Shown piece by piece: positions 1 to 9,053 of a stretch of DNA of 64,000 nt (positions are counted from its first letter, which is position 1; the number at the start of each line of letters is the position of its first letter). A program made the translations under genes and the position numbers. Below the pieces are notes generated by a model. It was not told where the DNA came from, did no database searches, and worked only from the letters and a program-made list of their open reading frames with translations. The DNA comes from a virus, in IMG/VR virus record IMGVR_UViG_3300038415_000126, positions 1-64,000 of that record; one strand, given 5' to 3'.

Positions 1-223
1 GTGGTGTATGAGTCGGTCTCTCAGGCCTCTTGTTCAGCTTCGGGTGCTCGCACTCGGGGCAGGTGAAGTGGACTTCTGTCCCTTGAGTCTTTGGTACAAT
101 TTGAGGTACCCACCCGGTAGGAAGCAGAAAATCAAGGATGAGACTTGACTCATTTTCACGAGTACCAAGTATACAGTGATTCTCGCAGTATCGGCAAGAA
201 ATATGAATCGGAGGGTTAGCCAA
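1..223 (-). CDS. Small Cys-rich (CxxC...CxxC) hypothetical protein, 3' end runs off the window
   Basis: Manual translation LANPPIHISCRYC...FTCPECEHP, open to position 1. Confidence 0.4.
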   Translation of the reverse strand, partial: MANPPIHISCRYCENHCILGTRENESSLILDFLLPTGWVPQIVPKTQGTEVHFTCPECEHPKLNKRPERPTHTP

Positions 224-256
224 GATGACCTAAATTAGTACAACTATTGAGGATTG

Positions 257-820
257 TCAAATCACCCAAGCGCGGTTGTACCGGGATACTCGATTGACCG
301 GCGCAGATTTAGGAGGATCATAGATAGGGGTCCAATTCTCCGCGTTGTCCTCCAACCGGGTTATCCCAACCGGATTCTGACCAAATAGATCCACGTAGCC
401 ATTGCGGCTGTAGACCAAACCCAGGGTGGCCCACCGAAACCAGGGGTTCCCTGAGTAACCCCTGGCTGAGATTGGTACCCGTTCGACATCCCTAATCAGG
501 CCGGTGAATCCTCCATTGGCTAGGTCGGTGTCAGGTATCACACTAGCCATAAAGTTCACAAGTTTAGTGGTAATCAACCCGATCTCATAAAGGGAGTCGT
601 TCGAAGACTGCACCTCTATGAGATTGACATTGATGTAACTATCCTCACTTTGAGTGAATCCTACCGAGCTAACCGGGGTATCCAGTTTGACTTGGTCCGT
701 ACCAATAGGTATTCCAAGTATGTACTTGAAACCACCCTCATAGGTCTCGAACCTGAGTGGGGTATGGTCGTCCTGATCAAGCAACCACCAGGTGATAGGG
801 CAAGGGCTGTAGAAGGGCAT
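257..820 (-). CDS. Hypothetical protein with C-terminal SRYxRxWVI tag
   Basis: Ends RVSRYNRAWVI; start moved to the ATG overlapping the upstream stop (TGATG at 822-818). Confidence 0.75.
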   Translation of the reverse strand: MPFYSPCPITWWLLDQDDHTPLRFETYEGGFKYILGIPIGTDQVKLDTPVSSVGFTQSEDSYINVNLIEVQSSNDSLYEIGLITTKLVNFMASVIPDTDLANGGFTGLIRDVERVPISARGYSGNPWFRWATLGLVYSRNGYVDLFGQNPVGITRLEDNAENWTPIYDPPKSAPVNRVSRYNRAWVI

Positions 821-1248
821 CAGATCACCCACTGCCTATTGTATCGGCTTAGAATAGGCTGCGTCTTCTCCGCATGGTACAACTTGGGTAGTTTGAAACC
901 AAGGCCTGCAGCTGCACGATTCTCGAACTGATACGAGATCAACTTGTTGTAGCTCAGGGCTATACCAATACCCCACTTGTCATCGAAGACTAAGACATGG
1001 AACCGATGGTTCTTGTGAGGCTCCACTCCTCGCACATTGAAGAAGACCGAGAAGCACTCCTCGATTAATTCGTAGGTTAGGGGGCGACCGAAAGAGATGA
1101 TGGGGATCTCTGCCTTCGTCAATCGCTCCGTTGTGGTTTTATCCATGAGCGCAAGCACATATCCCTCGGGTCCGTTAGCCCAACTTGTGAACATTGTTGG
1201 GCTCTGAGAGGTCATATTCCACGTGATGGGGATGTAGTGTACCGACAT
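820..1248 (-). CDS. Hypothetical protein with C-terminal tag
   Basis: Ends ILSRYNRQWVI; TGATG coupling with the upstream gene. Confidence 0.75.
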   Translation of the reverse strand: MSVHYIPITWNMTSQSPTMFTSWANGPEGYVLALMDKTTTERLTKAEIPIISFGRPLTYELIEECFSVFFNVRGVEPHKNHRFHVLVFDDKWGIGIALSYNKLISYQFENRAAAGLGFKLPKLYHAEKTQPILSRYNRQWVI

Positions 1249-1763
1249 CAGATCACCCACTTGCGCTCGTACCTGGAAGTTCTAACGGGTGGGGCAACCG
1301 GTGGTAGATCCCCCACGAAGATGGTATCCAACTCTACACCCTCGAAGGCTGGGATCAACTCATTGGGCGTGAATCCAAAGGCCATTGTCATGCTGAGTGT
1401 AGTACCACTTCGCTCACTGTCCATGAGCACCACATAGAGTGTACCTTCATTAGCCCTGAGGACCTTCATTCGTTGGCCAAACTCCTCAAGGTCACGACAG
1501 TGTCTCTTCAAGGCATTCGAGATCAGCTCCTCATTCTGTGCAATAAACATGACCAAAGGGAACTGAATCACACCTTGGTTGTCATCAGTCCCCCTGAGTC
1601 TGTCTCCAGTATACCAACCAGTTAGCTTAGGGGAGATGACTCCGATGTCCCCTTCAACATTCTTCACCAGGATCGCGCGGGCATCGAGACCCCCCACGCG
1701 GGTGAACCTCACCATATTATCTTGTGAGGACTGGAAGAACCACCATCGGGTCTTGGCTGCCAT
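1248..1763 (-). CDS. Hypothetical protein with C-terminal tag; paralog of 15033-15512
   Basis: Ends RTSRYERKWVI; shares GTLYVV and (E/D)LIP(A/T)FEG with 15033-15512. Confidence 0.8.
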   Translation of the reverse strand: MAAKTRWWFFQSSQDNMVRFTRVGGLDARAILVKNVEGDIGVISPKLTGWYTGDRLRGTDDNQGVIQFPLVMFIAQNEELISNALKRHCRDLEEFGQRMKVLRANEGTLYVVLMDSERSGTTLSMTMAFGFTPNELIPAFEGVELDTIFVGDLPPVAPPVRTSRYERKWVI

Positions 1764-1797
1764 CTACGCCGGATGATGCGTCAATCTCGAATGAATG

Positions 1798-2202
1798 TCA
1801 ATCGCGCGGCCCGTGGGTCCCTCGACAGAGGTTGTTGTCCCTCTCGTAATCACTTCTCGGTTTGGCCGGTTGGACCATCGCGTGGGCAAGACAATGGGTA
1901 CAGCACACAATCTCCCTCCCATCCTTGAGTAGAGTCAATGTTCTCTGGAACCCATGGATCTTGCACCACTTTCTGGCCTTGAACTCAGCTAGGGCTCGGG
2001 CCGCCTCGTCTCGAACAATCTCCTTGGAGACGTAGGCTATGATCGCCGCACGAGCAAGCTTCTCGCGAAGGGACCAGCTGAATGGCTTCCCGCACTTGGG
2101 GCAGTCGTTGACCTCCGGAGGGATGTGGGTCCCACAAGACTTGCAGAGAGGCTCTGGTAGAAGGAATATGGCTTCAGAATAGTGCATGTTCCTCATATCC
2201 AT
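1798..2202 (-). CDS. Zinc-ribbon hypothetical protein
   Basis: CKSC..CPKC and CKIH..CTHC motifs. Confidence 0.65.
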   Translation of the reverse strand: MDMRNMHYSEAIFLLPEPLCKSCGTHIPPEVNDCPKCGKPFSWSLREKLARAAIIAYVSKEIVRDEAARALAEFKARKWCKIHGFQRTLTLLKDGREIVCCTHCLAHAMVQPAKPRSDYERDNNLCRGTHGPRD

Positions 2203-2471
2203 GACTCCACGGCTGGTAACCCTGGGGTGTTTGGCTCCGAGAAGCAGCAGCGCCCCTCTGGGATGAACTTGCGCGCCTCTTCCAGGGTGTCGGCGAGATC
2301 ACAGGACTTGCGCGCGAGAAGCTGTCCGTCAACGTCCAGGATGAACTCTCGAACCACGTACTTGTCCGGGTGATCCTTAGGGTGACGGTAGACGGTCAGG
2401 ATGCTGAGGGGCGTCGCTCGGGATTGACCAATGACGAAGATGGGTCTTTTAGGCTGATTCAGGTTCGGCAT
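2193..2471 (-). CDS. Phage hypothetical protein
   Basis: ORF in the packed minus-strand cluster; VYRHPKDHPDKYVVR. Confidence 0.65.
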   Translation of the reverse strand: MPNLNQPKRPIFVIGQSRATPLSILTVYRHPKDHPDKYVVREFILDVDGQLLARKSCDLADTLEEARKFIPEGRCCFSEPNTPGLPAVESWI

Positions 2472-2694
2472 TGGCTATCTCTGACTCTTCGACCAAGTGG
2501 TGGTGGTAGGCTTGGGCTGCGATGCTTTCCTCAAACATCTCCCTGATGAATGCTTCCGGGGTCTGCCCTTGTTCAAAGGAGCTTAGCGCCACCTCGAAGA
2601 GATCATACGGGTCACCCTCGGACCAGATTGGCTCTAGATCAAGGAGCTGGCGCGCTACCTTATCCGCTTCAGCCTTCCACTCGTCGTAGGTCAT
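2449..2694 (-). CDS. Acidic hypothetical protein
   Basis: Start at TAATG overlap with the upstream gene. Confidence 0.55.
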   Translation of the reverse strand: MTYDEWKAEADKVARQLLDLEPIWSEGDPYDLFEVALSSFEQGQTPEAFIREMFEESIAAQAYHHHLVEESEIANAEPESA

Positions 2695-2954
2695 TACACC
2701 TTCCACTCGTCAGCCGGTCTGATTGTCCCCGTGACCACAATGTCGACCTCGAACCCCTCAAAGGTCTCCGGTACCTTGGGGCTACTAGGCTTGTGATGGA
2801 GCATGATGTGGATGGCGGGACGTTTCTGGTTCGAACTGGACCCTATTCCAACGCCGGTGAGTTGAAATCCCTGACTCTTGAGTTGGTTGTAAAGCCGTTT
2901 TCCGGCTTCTTTGCATGCGCGGAACTCTGGTGGATCGTCTGTGGGCATGGTCAT
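2694..2954 (-). CDS. Hypothetical protein (VGIG...P..FEG..V motif, similar to the C-terminus of 39972-40451)
   Basis: ORF downstream of the GGTGTA motif at 2966-2971. Confidence 0.6.
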   Translation of the reverse strand: MTMPTDDPPEFRACKEAGKRLYNQLKSQGFQLTGVGIGSSSNQKRPAIHIMLHHKPSSPKVPETFEGFEVDIVVTGTIRPADEWKV

Positions 2955-2977
2955 TGATTGAGTATTACACCTCAAAT

Positions 2978-3018
2978 GAACAAAAGGGAACGGCCCCGGT
3001 ACCGAAGTACCAGGGCCG
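2978..3018 (-). terminator. Rho-independent terminator
   Basis: CGGCCCTGGTAC-TTCG-GTACCGGGGCCG hairpin (UUCG loop) followed by TTCCCTTTTGTT on the minus strand. Confidence 0.8.
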
Positions 3019-3176
3019 CTCTACCTATGCCTAATCACACATCGAACGCAACTATGTCCATTTGTTTCAACTCACGTGGTGATTGAACCGTCACCACGAC
3101 AACCAACCCGAACCTTCAAGTCCCATCGAACTCTGAAGAAACCTAACCTTACACCCGAGGTCGGAGCTGGTCAAGT

Positions 3177-3428
3177 TTATTCCCAGATCTCTTCTCGATG
3201 GGGCTTCTTGTCCTTCCGCATACTGTACTTTCGGTCAAACTTGGCCTCCTGACCTGAACAGATGGCGCATTTGATTCTGTAGGGAAGCCCTGGGTGGCGA
3301 GCCTTCCAAGCGTTCCATTTGGCCATCCAGAACCGATAGTGCTTGTGGGCCTTAGAGTATCCTCTCCCAATGACGTGGGATAGGAATTCGTCGAGGGTGC
3401 GAAAAGTGTGTGGGGGGTGATGAGGCAT
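3177..3428 (-). CDS. Basic hypothetical protein
   Basis: ORF in the minus-strand cluster. Confidence 0.5.
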   Translation of the reverse strand: MPHHPPHTFRTLDEFLSHVIGRGYSKAHKHYRFWMAKWNAWKARHPGLPYRIKCAICSGQEAKFDRKYSMRKDKKPHREEIWE

Positions 3429-3437
3429 GGGAGTACT

Positions 3438-3830
3438 CTATTTCTTGAACTTGGCCGTTGGGTACCTGTCACGAACATACTTCTTGGCTTGTCTTCTGTC
3501 TACCGCGCGGAAGGTCAATTCGATTGCCCGGTCCTCAGATGCACACCAGTAGAGGGGTAGGCCAAGGCCAAAGTAGGTTCCAAATCGATCATACCCCAAA
3601 CGGTCAAGGTGGATCTCATGCATCCTCAGAAGGTTCCCGTCGTACACCCCATGAAGGTTGGGTCGAGCAGTAAAGCCATTCTTGGGCTCGGGCTCCGTAT
3701 CCATACCCACTTCTGACTTCAGCCTCTGTTGCAGGACACTGAGGATCCGGTAGGCATCGTTCTTCGTTGTCATGGGTAACAACTCCCGCAATGCCAAGTC
3801 CAGCTGGTCAAGTATCTCAGTGATTCTCAT
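3438..3830 (-). CDS. Hypothetical protein
   Basis: 130-aa ORF in the cluster. Confidence 0.65.
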   Translation of the reverse strand: MRITEILDQLDLALRELLPMTTKNDAYRILSVLQQRLKSEVGMDTEPEPKNGFTARPNLHGVYDGNLLRMHEIHLDRLGYDRFGTYFGLGLPLYWCASEDRAIELTFRAVDRRQAKKYVRDRYPTAKFKK

Positions 3831-4001
3831 AGCTTGGACTTTTGGGGGCGGCCCTTGCCGCGAGATCTCAGCGTCCGCGCAACAGAGCGCGCAAGCCGAG
3901 CCTCGTCATCGCCGGAAGTGTTGATCGCAGGGTTCTTCAAGTGCTCGGTCTCATTGAAGGAGAGGGGGCGCCTGGCTCTCCACCAGGCTAGAGCGGCTCT
4001 T

Positions 4002-4253
4002 TCAAGTGGGGATGCTAGGATGATCTTCATTGGGTTCTTCATCTTGGTTCTGGTTGATGGTTCTTTGAGCCTGTGAGTACCAAGCCCACACGTAGGGTCC
4101 GTACAGAGCCTCAAGGACGTTGGTGACGATGTGCTTCTCAAAGTCTGGAACCGAGCGTCCTGCCGCAAGCTCATCACACACGTAGACTGCGTACTCCTTG
4201 ACCGTCGACCAGTCAGGGTTGTCATTCAACTTGGGTCGCTTGTTATCGCTCAT
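4002..4253 (-). CDS. Hypothetical protein
   Basis: ATGA overlap with the HD gene. Confidence 0.6.
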   Translation of the reverse strand: MSDNKRPKLNDNPDWSTVKEYAVYVCDELAAGRSVPDFEKHIVTNVLEALYGPYVWAWYSQAQRTINQNQDEEPNEDHPSIPT

Positions 4254-4762
4254 TGGTTCTTCTCGGCTAGTATCTTGTTGATCTCGGCGATGACCGCCTT
4301 ATGGCTCTTGGTGAGCTTGCGAGTGGCGCGTAAGTGCTTGATAATCAAGGGAGTATCTTCCACCTGCTTGAGGGAGGGGTTGTCCATGAGATTCGCTAAC
4401 CTATCGCAAAGCTTGAGGAAAAGAGCATAGCTGGACATCCCCTGCATGTGGGACTTCAAGTACTCCAACTTGCCAACCTTCTTGAGAGCTACCGGGTCTG
4501 AGCTCAGCTCGAACACGATAGAAGCGATGGGCATCCCAAAGCGTCGAAGGATCTGATTGTAGGTCGCATCGGTATCCTCAACGGTATCATGGAGGATAGC
4601 TGCACAGATCAGAATCTCCTTGGCCTTCGACTGCTTGTAACTTGCAGCCAGGTAGGACACGAGTATCGGGTGGGCGATATAGTCAACCCCGGATACCTTG
4701 CGTTTCTGACCCCGATGCTTAGAAGTGGCGTACTTGATGGCTCTTAGTATGAGTTCACTCAT
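4250..4762 (-). CDS. HD-domain small alarmone hydrolase (Mesh1/SpoT-hydrolase-like)
   Basis: HRGQKRK..YIAHP, AAILHDTVEDT and LKLCDRLANL motifs of the RelA/SpoT HD hydrolase. Confidence 0.9.
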   Translation of the reverse strand: MSELILRAIKYATSKHRGQKRKVSGVDYIAHPILVSYLAASYKQSKAKEILICAAILHDTVEDTDATYNQILRRFGMPIASIVFELSSDPVALKKVGKLEYLKSHMQGMSSYALFLKLCDRLANLMDNPSLKQVEDTPLIIKHLRATRKLTKSHKAVIAEINKILAEKNQ

Positions 4763-4767
4763 ACTCT

Positions 4768-4796
4768 GTATTACGCGCGAGGAGGAATAATCTCAA
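4768..4796 (-). promoter_or_regulatory. Class 1 phage promoter-like motif TTGAGA-N17-TAATAC
   Basis: GTTGAGATTATTCCTCCTCGCGCGTAATAC, 5 nt upstream of ATG 4762. Confidence 0.7.
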
Positions 4797-5187
4797 CCAC
4801 TTTATTCCAGTTGTCCCACTCCTCCTCGGTCACTACCAGAGCCCCAACCGGCAATGGGTTATTTCCTTCCCCATGGAGGTTCTCGCCATTGAGGCGGGTG
4901 ATGTGGCCTTCCGGATGGCGGATAAAGACCATGCATCCCGCGTGCGAAGACTTGCCCTGCCAACCATTCTTCTTTTCCGACCAAACGACCAAGTCGTTAT
5001 GTTCCAATGGTTTACCGCAAGTGGCGCAGCAGTAAGGGTGGATCTTGACCCGTCCGAGCTTGGGGTACTCGACATGGTCCTCCATATTCGACTTGGGCTT
5101 CTTTTTTATCTGGTGGCGACCGCAGACAATAGCTATGGTCAAGGCCACCAAAAATGAGATGATGAAACCAACTGCTGGGTGGTTCAT
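4771..5187 (-). CDS. Membrane-anchored hypothetical protein with CxxC...HxxC
   Basis: N-terminal hydrophobic helix; CATC and HAGC. Confidence 0.65.
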   Translation of the reverse strand: MNHPAVGFIISFLVALTIAIVCGRHQIKKKPKSNMEDHVEYPKLGRVKIHPYCCATCGKPLEHNDLVVWSEKKNGWQGKSSHAGCMVFIRHPEGHITRLNGENLHGEGNNPLPVGALVVTEEEWDNWNKVVEIIPPRA

Positions 5188-6002
5188 GTCATAACCATGG
5201 TCAGGGGTTCTGGGGATACCCTGAAGTTGACTTGTTGTTCGTACTCGACGGGGAATGAGAGGAAGGGCCCGTCGAGGTACAGGATGCCGTCGCTGACCTT
5301 GGAGATGAGCTTGAAGCTCTTACCGCTTTGGAACCGGTTCAGAGTCTTCCCAGGGGCTCTGTAGGGTTCCCTGATGATGGCTTGAAGCTCCTTGGTCTCA
5401 GGTGGGTAGCTGGTCCCGCCTGCTGACCTCATGGCGCCGGTCGAGCCCGCTCCGGTCCCCACCCAGATCCCAGAGCACCCGTAGCGATCCTGTCCCAGGA
5501 TGAATTTGGTCATAGCGGCAGGGCAAACATGGGAGAATAGGGCCTCATTGAGGACTCGACTGCAGACTACCTCTCCGTCAATTGAGACCTGGAGTCGGGT
5601 GATCTTTTTGACTGAACTCTTGAAGTTCTTGGCAAGAAGAATTCCCCTGACGTCCTCTGCGCGAGCTGCGCAGAGGTAGCCAACCGAGGTCTTGGGATCT
5701 GAGTTGACTCCAAGGATGGGGATGCCCGCGGGGACCTTGTGGGAAGCCGCGAGGAGCGTCCCGTCACCGCCGACCGTGATGACAACCCTAGTATCCTCGG
5801 GAACCTTAAACTCCTTCTCTGGACCGTTGACCACTACGGCTCGGTACTTGAGTTTGCTCAGCTCGTGGAGGACCCTATCAACCGACTTCGAATGCCTTTG
5901 GTGTACCGCAAACGCGCGTTTTGCAGCCGAGGAGTCAGCCACATTGAACTTGAGCTGATCCCAAGTACTACGTTTTAGAATGACAATTGCCTGCTCTCTC
6001 AT
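5184..6002 (-). CDS. nadK: NAD(+) kinase
   Basis: GGDGTLL signature, LNE motif, GTGAGSTGA glycine-rich motif, LDG. Confidence 0.9.
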   Translation of the reverse strand: MREQAIVILKRSTWDQLKFNVADSSAAKRAFAVHQRHSKSVDRVLHELSKLKYRAVVVNGPEKEFKVPEDTRVVITVGGDGTLLAASHKVPAGIPILGVNSDPKTSVGYLCAARAEDVRGILLAKNFKSSVKKITRLQVSIDGEVVCSRVLNEALFSHVCPAAMTKFILGQDRYGCSGIWVGTGAGSTGAMRSAGGTSYPPETKELQAIIREPYRAPGKTLNRFQSGKSFKLISKVSDGILYLDGPFLSFPVEYEQQVNFRVSPEPLTMVMT

Positions 6003-6194
6003 CGGGGAATCCTCAAATTAGCTCTAAGTACTGCTTGTACAACTTCCAGCGGAGCAATACCAGTGGAGATTCTCAAACTACCGCTTTCGAGGATCTCGAC
6101 AATGCAGTCGTACTCCCAGGTGAATAAGCAGGCAGCCCAGGTCCCACCAACCTGACGGACTTGCCACTCCCACCCAAGGGGAAGTGAGGGGAAC

Positions 6195-6422
6195 TCAGTG
6201 GGTGTGCTCTTCGACGTATCTTTGGATGCAGACGATTGAGCATGCGAAGCGGAGGCCGTCGTCTCCCGGCGGGTAGGTGTCCGTGACGAACCAGCCCGGT
6301 GGGACTTGGCTGCAGGACACCCATTCGTTCCAGACAAGGAGCGACGGGACTTCAGCTTTCTTCCTGCATTGACAGCATTCAATCGTGGTACGGTCAAGTT
6401 CGGTCTCCTTGGTATCGGCCAT
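6195..6422 (-). CDS. Small zinc-binding hypothetical protein
   Basis: CCQC...ACSIVC; GGTGTA motif 10 nt upstream. Confidence 0.55.
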   Translation of the reverse strand: MADTKETELDRTTIECCQCRKKAEVPSLLVWNEWVSCSQVPPGWFVTDTYPPGDDGLRFACSIVCIQRYVEEHTH

Positions 6423-6437
6423 GCAAGGTAGCTACAC

Positions 6438-6653
6438 CTACGCTACCTTGCACCCTACACTGGACCCTGTTACTTGAACCGCTCTCCGGAAGAACATCTC
6501 ATCGACCACTCGTGTCGGATACGGGTACTTGCCCTTGATTAGTTCCAGATGAAAGTATGGCTCTTCAGCCTGGATGGTGATGTTCGCCAGCTTCCAAACC
6601 CGAGGGCCCTCCTTCCAGTGAGTACCTAGTTCCTTGTCAGTGAGTCCGAACAT
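6438..6653 (-). CDS. Hypothetical protein
   Basis: ATG 5 nt after the class 1 promoter variant at 6659-6687. Confidence 0.55.
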   Translation of the reverse strand: MFGLTDKELGTHWKEGPRVWKLANITIQAEEPYFHLELIKGKYPYPTRVVDEMFFRRAVQVTGSSVGCKVA

Positions 6654-6858
6654 GATCAGTATCTCGCGCGAGAAACTGGTTTCTCAACCAGTTTCTTTAG
6701 CTTCTTCCTCAACGCGGCTCGCGCTCGATTGGCGACCCATCCAATCAATCCAATAGTGGTATTATCACTACTATTGAAACGGTCATAGGCTCTCAGGCAG
6801 GATAGACATAGACCACCAGGGACTCTAGCCGGACCTTCACAGATGATGCAGGGATAGG

Positions 6859-7209
6859 TCACCTTTGAGGTTCCTCGTACAGACAGAGGCGATGACGCGG
6901 AATGTAGACCGGGGGCTTGGCGCAGATGGTTGTTTGGGGCTTGTCCAAGCACTTGTCGGTCCAGTACTGACGGAGGATCTCGTAATTGTGGTCGTAGGCT
7001 TCTTGTCGAGCATCTGACTCAGCATCCTCTTGCCGGTAGTGAGCAATCTCTTGCCGGTAGCGAGCAATCCGTTGTTCATGGGTTTCAAACTTTACCGCGT
7101 GAGATCTGATCCAAATGTTGGATGCAGTAGGGCGAAGAGCGAGGATACAGAGGATCGAACCACCTATGATGATTACAGTAATCAGCCACACGAACCACGG
7201 AGTCTTCAC
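6859..7209 (-). CDS. Membrane-anchored hypothetical protein
   Basis: N-terminal TM helix; IARYRQE/IAHYRQE tandem. Confidence 0.6.
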   Translation of the reverse strand: MKTPWFVWLITVIIIGGSILCILALRPTASNIWIRSHAVKFETHEQRIARYRQEIAHYRQEDAESDARQEAYDHNYEILRQYWTDKCLDKPQTTICAKPPVYIPRHRLCLYEEPQR

Positions 7210-7727
7210 AATTCACCTTTCTCATGCGCGAGCATGATCCGCACCCTGTCCAGCTCGGCTTGGGTGTGCGGAGTCCCGCCGGCATTGATGTTGAGGTACA
7301 ACTGAAGGACCTCGACTCTGGTTTCAAGGCTGCAGATGCGCCACTTGAAGCCCATGTGAAGCCGCATACGGTCCGTGAATTCAGACCGATAGTACCCATG
7401 AGCCTTGAACTCATCCCTGAGCCATGCTCGAACCGCTTCGAGCCGTTGCTTACCATCGACGATCTCGTAGGAACCAATCTCTATGTTGGTCCCCCAACCT
7501 ACCGCATTGAAGGTGATGTTCTTTCCAACTTCACCACCTTGCATGACATACTCGACGTAGTCCTGCTGTTGTTGTGGATTCCACACGTGGGCTCGTTGGA
7601 AGTCAGGTTCAAGGTTCAGGCCATCTTCAGTGATCGCTTGTTGGATGAACCCCTCCAAGAAATGCCAATCGACATCGACCTCATAGTGCGCGCGGGGAAG
7701 CAGGGGTATGTCTCGGAAAAAGGCCAT
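7206..7727 (-). CDS. Stand-alone DUF262 (ParB/Srx fold, GmrS-like) protein
   Basis: PDFQRAHVW and IVDGKQRL motifs, LNINAGGT. Confidence 0.85.
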   Translation of the reverse strand: MAFFRDIPLLPRAHYEVDVDWHFLEGFIQQAITEDGLNLEPDFQRAHVWNPQQQQDYVEYVMQGGEVGKNITFNAVGWGTNIEIGSYEIVDGKQRLEAVRAWLRDEFKAHGYYRSEFTDRMRLHMGFKWRICSLETRVEVLQLYLNINAGGTPHTQAELDRVRIMLAHEKGEL

Positions 7728-7963
7728 GATTCAAGCACTCAGTTCGGGGTAGGTTCGCTTGAAGGCGGCTTGGACAGACTCACCGATTCGAAGCCTGGTT
7801 GCATTGTACAGATAACGTCGAGCTTGAGTGACATCTAGCTCAGCCTGCTGACGCTGTTCGAGGGTTGACTCTGGTGACTCAAACACCTTCTCGTGATGAG
7901 CACAGGCCCTCAGGTACTGATTGTAGGCGTTGGTTTGTGGTGCGTTACGCTTGGCCATTGGTT

Positions 7964-8140
7964 TCAATCTTTAACGAGGCTCATGGCCTCAGAGATACTG
8001 CCGAACTGGATTTGCAAGGTGATCTCGTAGGCAAGTTTCATCGAGACCGGCCGAACCACTTCTCGGAGTGCAGGAAGTGAGAATGACCTGGCTTCTTCAA
8101 CTGTCCAACCAAGGACTTTTGCGATTAGTTCGTGCAGCAT
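7964..8140 (-). CDS. Small hypothetical protein (58 aa, below the ORF-track cut-off)
   Basis: MLHELIAKVLGWTVEEA...; ATG 4 nt after the class 1 promoter. Confidence 0.5.
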   Translation of the reverse strand: MLHELIAKVLGWTVEEARSFSLPALREVVRPVSMKLAYEITLQIQFGSISEAMSLVKD

Positions 8141-8144
8141 GCTA

Positions 8145-8174
8145 GTATTACGCGCGAGGTGGGTGGGATCTCAA
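8145..8174 (-). promoter_or_regulatory. Class 1 phage promoter-like motif
   Basis: TTGAGA-N18(...CGCGCG)-TAATAC. Confidence 0.7.
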
Positions 8175-8509
8175 CCAGTTTCTCTAATCGGCCTAGCGGC
8201 TATGAGAATCTCGGCTCTCTGAACATTGAAGGTCTCCAACCTTCTTTTTGCCCGCAGGAGATCTAGCTCAAGATCCTGCTTCATTTCGTTCAAGGCGGTC
8301 TCGATGACGGAAGGCAGATCTCCGACAGCTTCAACCCTATTACAATCCTTTGGGTACTGGACGATGGCAACGGCCTTACCTTTCATCCACCCGAGATTCA
8401 ATTGGACTTTGATTCCGGTGAGCCCGCCTGCTTCATACGTGTACTTATGCTCCTCTGTAGGGATACGGGTAAATACAAGGCTACCAACTCTCAGGGTGTC
8501 TTCAGGCAT
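8171..8509 (-). CDS. Hypothetical protein
   Basis: Start reassigned to MPEDTLRV. Confidence 0.55.
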   Translation of the reverse strand: MPEDTLRVGSLVFTRIPTEEHKYTYEAGGLTGIKVQLNLGWMKGKAVAIVQYPKDCNRVEAVGDLPSVIETALNEMKQDLELDLLRAKRRLETFNVQRAEILIAARPIRETG

Positions 8510-9053
8510 TGGACTTCTCTTCTGGTAAGGCTCCAACGAGTGTGATAATCGCCCGCACGCGAGCTTCGGAGAGCCCTTGAAGGCGTAGGCCAAAGTTACA
8601 CTCAGTGGTAGACGTTGGGTGGATCGAATCAGCGTACTCGGGGAAGTCTTTTCGGAGGCGGCCGAGGGCGGCTTGGACTGCTTGACGTTGAGCCTCATCG
8701 AGAGCCCGGCGCTCATGCATCCGTTTGACCCAGCTGTTCTGCTTGATGGCCTCATCATATACCTCTTGGTCGAAGTCTTCTAGGTTCTCTTGCAGGGCCA
8801 ACCCTCGGTAGAGGATCTCACCGTCGGGCTCCATTCGAATTGTGTCGAAGGATACTACGAGAACACCCTTGTCAACCCCTTCAGTGACGGTCATCGCCCG
8901 GTACACCTCAGGATCCTCAGTGACATTGAGGCTGAACCAGTACCAGTTTTGAGTCTTCTCAGACTTTATTCCGACTCCTTCGAGCTTTGCTTGGAGAGAC
9001 AGGATGATGTTTTGGGCTCTGGTTTCGGCTTCGGGGCTGCTGTAGTGAGTCAT
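8502..9053 (-). CDS. Hypothetical protein
   Basis: Start reassigned to MTHYSSPEA. Confidence 0.6.
   Translation of the reverse strand: MTHYSSPEAETRAQNIILSLQAKLEGVGIKSEKTQNWYWFSLNVTEDPEVYRAMTVTEGVDKGVLVVSFDTIRMEPDGEILYRGLALQENLEDFDQEVYDEAIKQNSWVKRMHERRALDEAQRQAVQAALGRLRKDFPEYADSIHPTSTTECNFGLRLQGLSEARVRAIITLVGALPEEKSNA

Noticed and set aside
7224-7838. Long antisense or overlapping ORFs (e.g. 7224-7838, 21412-22008, 24684-25241, 26744-27322, 50480-51016, 63559-63954)
   Set aside because: They are shadows of better-supported genes on the opposite strand and carry no motifs.
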